From the NCBI GenBank assembly GCA_051294375.1, contig JBJCIZ010000232.1, positions 8,881 to 16,177 on the forward strand: a DNA stretch of 7,297 nucleotides, given 5' to 3'. This DNA comes from Paraspadella gotoi. Its lineage: Eukaryota > Animalia > Chaetognatha. The notes under the pieces were generated by a model. That model had not been told where the DNA came from. It made no database searches and saw only the letters and a program-made list of their open reading frames with translations. Shown here piece after piece: positions 6,899-7,297 of the stretch; the stretch's first letter is position 1, and every line of letters starts with the position of its first letter. The translations under genes were made by a program, and so were the position numbers.

Positions 6899-7297
6899 GG
6901 ATACCTAACTCTTTCAATACAGAGAATTTGAAGTACTACGTTGGAGATGATGTTTACCATGGAAGGAGATCAAACTTTATGATGCATAGACATGGAAAAG
7001 CCCCCCAAATGGGGACAGGAGAGTGGAGATGGGCGCTAAAGCATATCCGTCAATTGGGGCTTTGAAGATTCAGGCGTTCTACACTCATGCGTTGTACCAG
7101 GAAACAACATATTCATCCAGAAGCAATCACATCGGGTGAAAGCTTAACAAAACCGGAAACAACAAAGGAAAGCATTCCATTTTCTATCTTTTTTATGATG
7201 AGCCTACTGATAAAATGATGATTCCGGGTATAAGTTTTGGTGGAAAGTCAAAAGACTTAACACAAATTCCCAGTTATCTAAGAAAACAAAAGAAGAA
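6899..7297 (+). pseudogene. Continuation of pol (protease-RT spacer), frameshifted
   Basis: Complex, non-repetitive sequence resumes with coding-like fragments (TENLKYYVGDDVYHG, GVLHSCVVPGNNIFIQ, DKMMIPGISFGG). No RT motif is seen; the call rests on position. Confidence 0.45.

Larger units (their letters stand above)
1200..7297 (+). mobile_element. Ty3/gypsy-like LTR retrotransposon (5' LTR end, PBS, gag, protease), interrupted by an insertion and running off the right edge
   Basis: Correctly ordered on +: AATAAA (1569-1578), CA end (1614-1615), PBS-like TGGCATCGGTGGGA (1616-1629), gag capsid-like KQSKDETVMQFYLRF (2761-), CCHC knuckle (3268-3321), DTGADISII (3771-), VILG (6863-6874). RT, RNase H and integrase are not in the window, so the superfamily is inferred from gag/protease motif style. 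The left boundary is approximate. Confidence 0.85.

Noticed and set aside
6793-7065. 90-aa ORF as a standalone gene
   Set aside because: It has a TTG start inside the insertion's terminus, and the protease ILG motif lies in a different frame (6812-6898). At most its 3' part is frameshifted pol.

Overview
AT-rich eukaryotic DNA, probably from an invertebrate, with no prokaryotic genes, rRNA, tRNA or CRISPR. Most of the window (~1200 to beyond 7297, + strand) is the 5' half of a Ty3/gypsy-like LTR retrotransposon. It shows an LTR end (AATAAA...CA at 1615), a tRNA-Leu-like primer-binding site (1616-1629), a frameshifted gag ending in CCHC zinc knuckles (~3207-3321) and a retropepsin with the DTGA motif at 3771. 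The protease is split in two by a ~2.87-kb non-coding insertion (~3940-6811). This insertion has the architecture of a non-autonomous Helentron/DINE-1/HINE-type element: a T-run target with no TSD, a 5' hairpin containing a subterminal inverted repeat, a (GTCC)n microsatellite, five 160-190 bp core repeats, and a 3' sub-TIR plus short palindrome ending CTTGTTTT. Removing it in silico restores ...RANLQF|PGNLPVELHVAPIKSTYVILGSNVL, the C-terminal ILG motif of the protease. The first ~500 bp may hold minus-strand exons with short introns. Most ORF-track entries are artefacts of GA microsatellites. Frequent 1-nt indels may reflect decay or long-read error. I see no support for a wholly new biological system; the notable result is the nested, reconstructable transposon structure.
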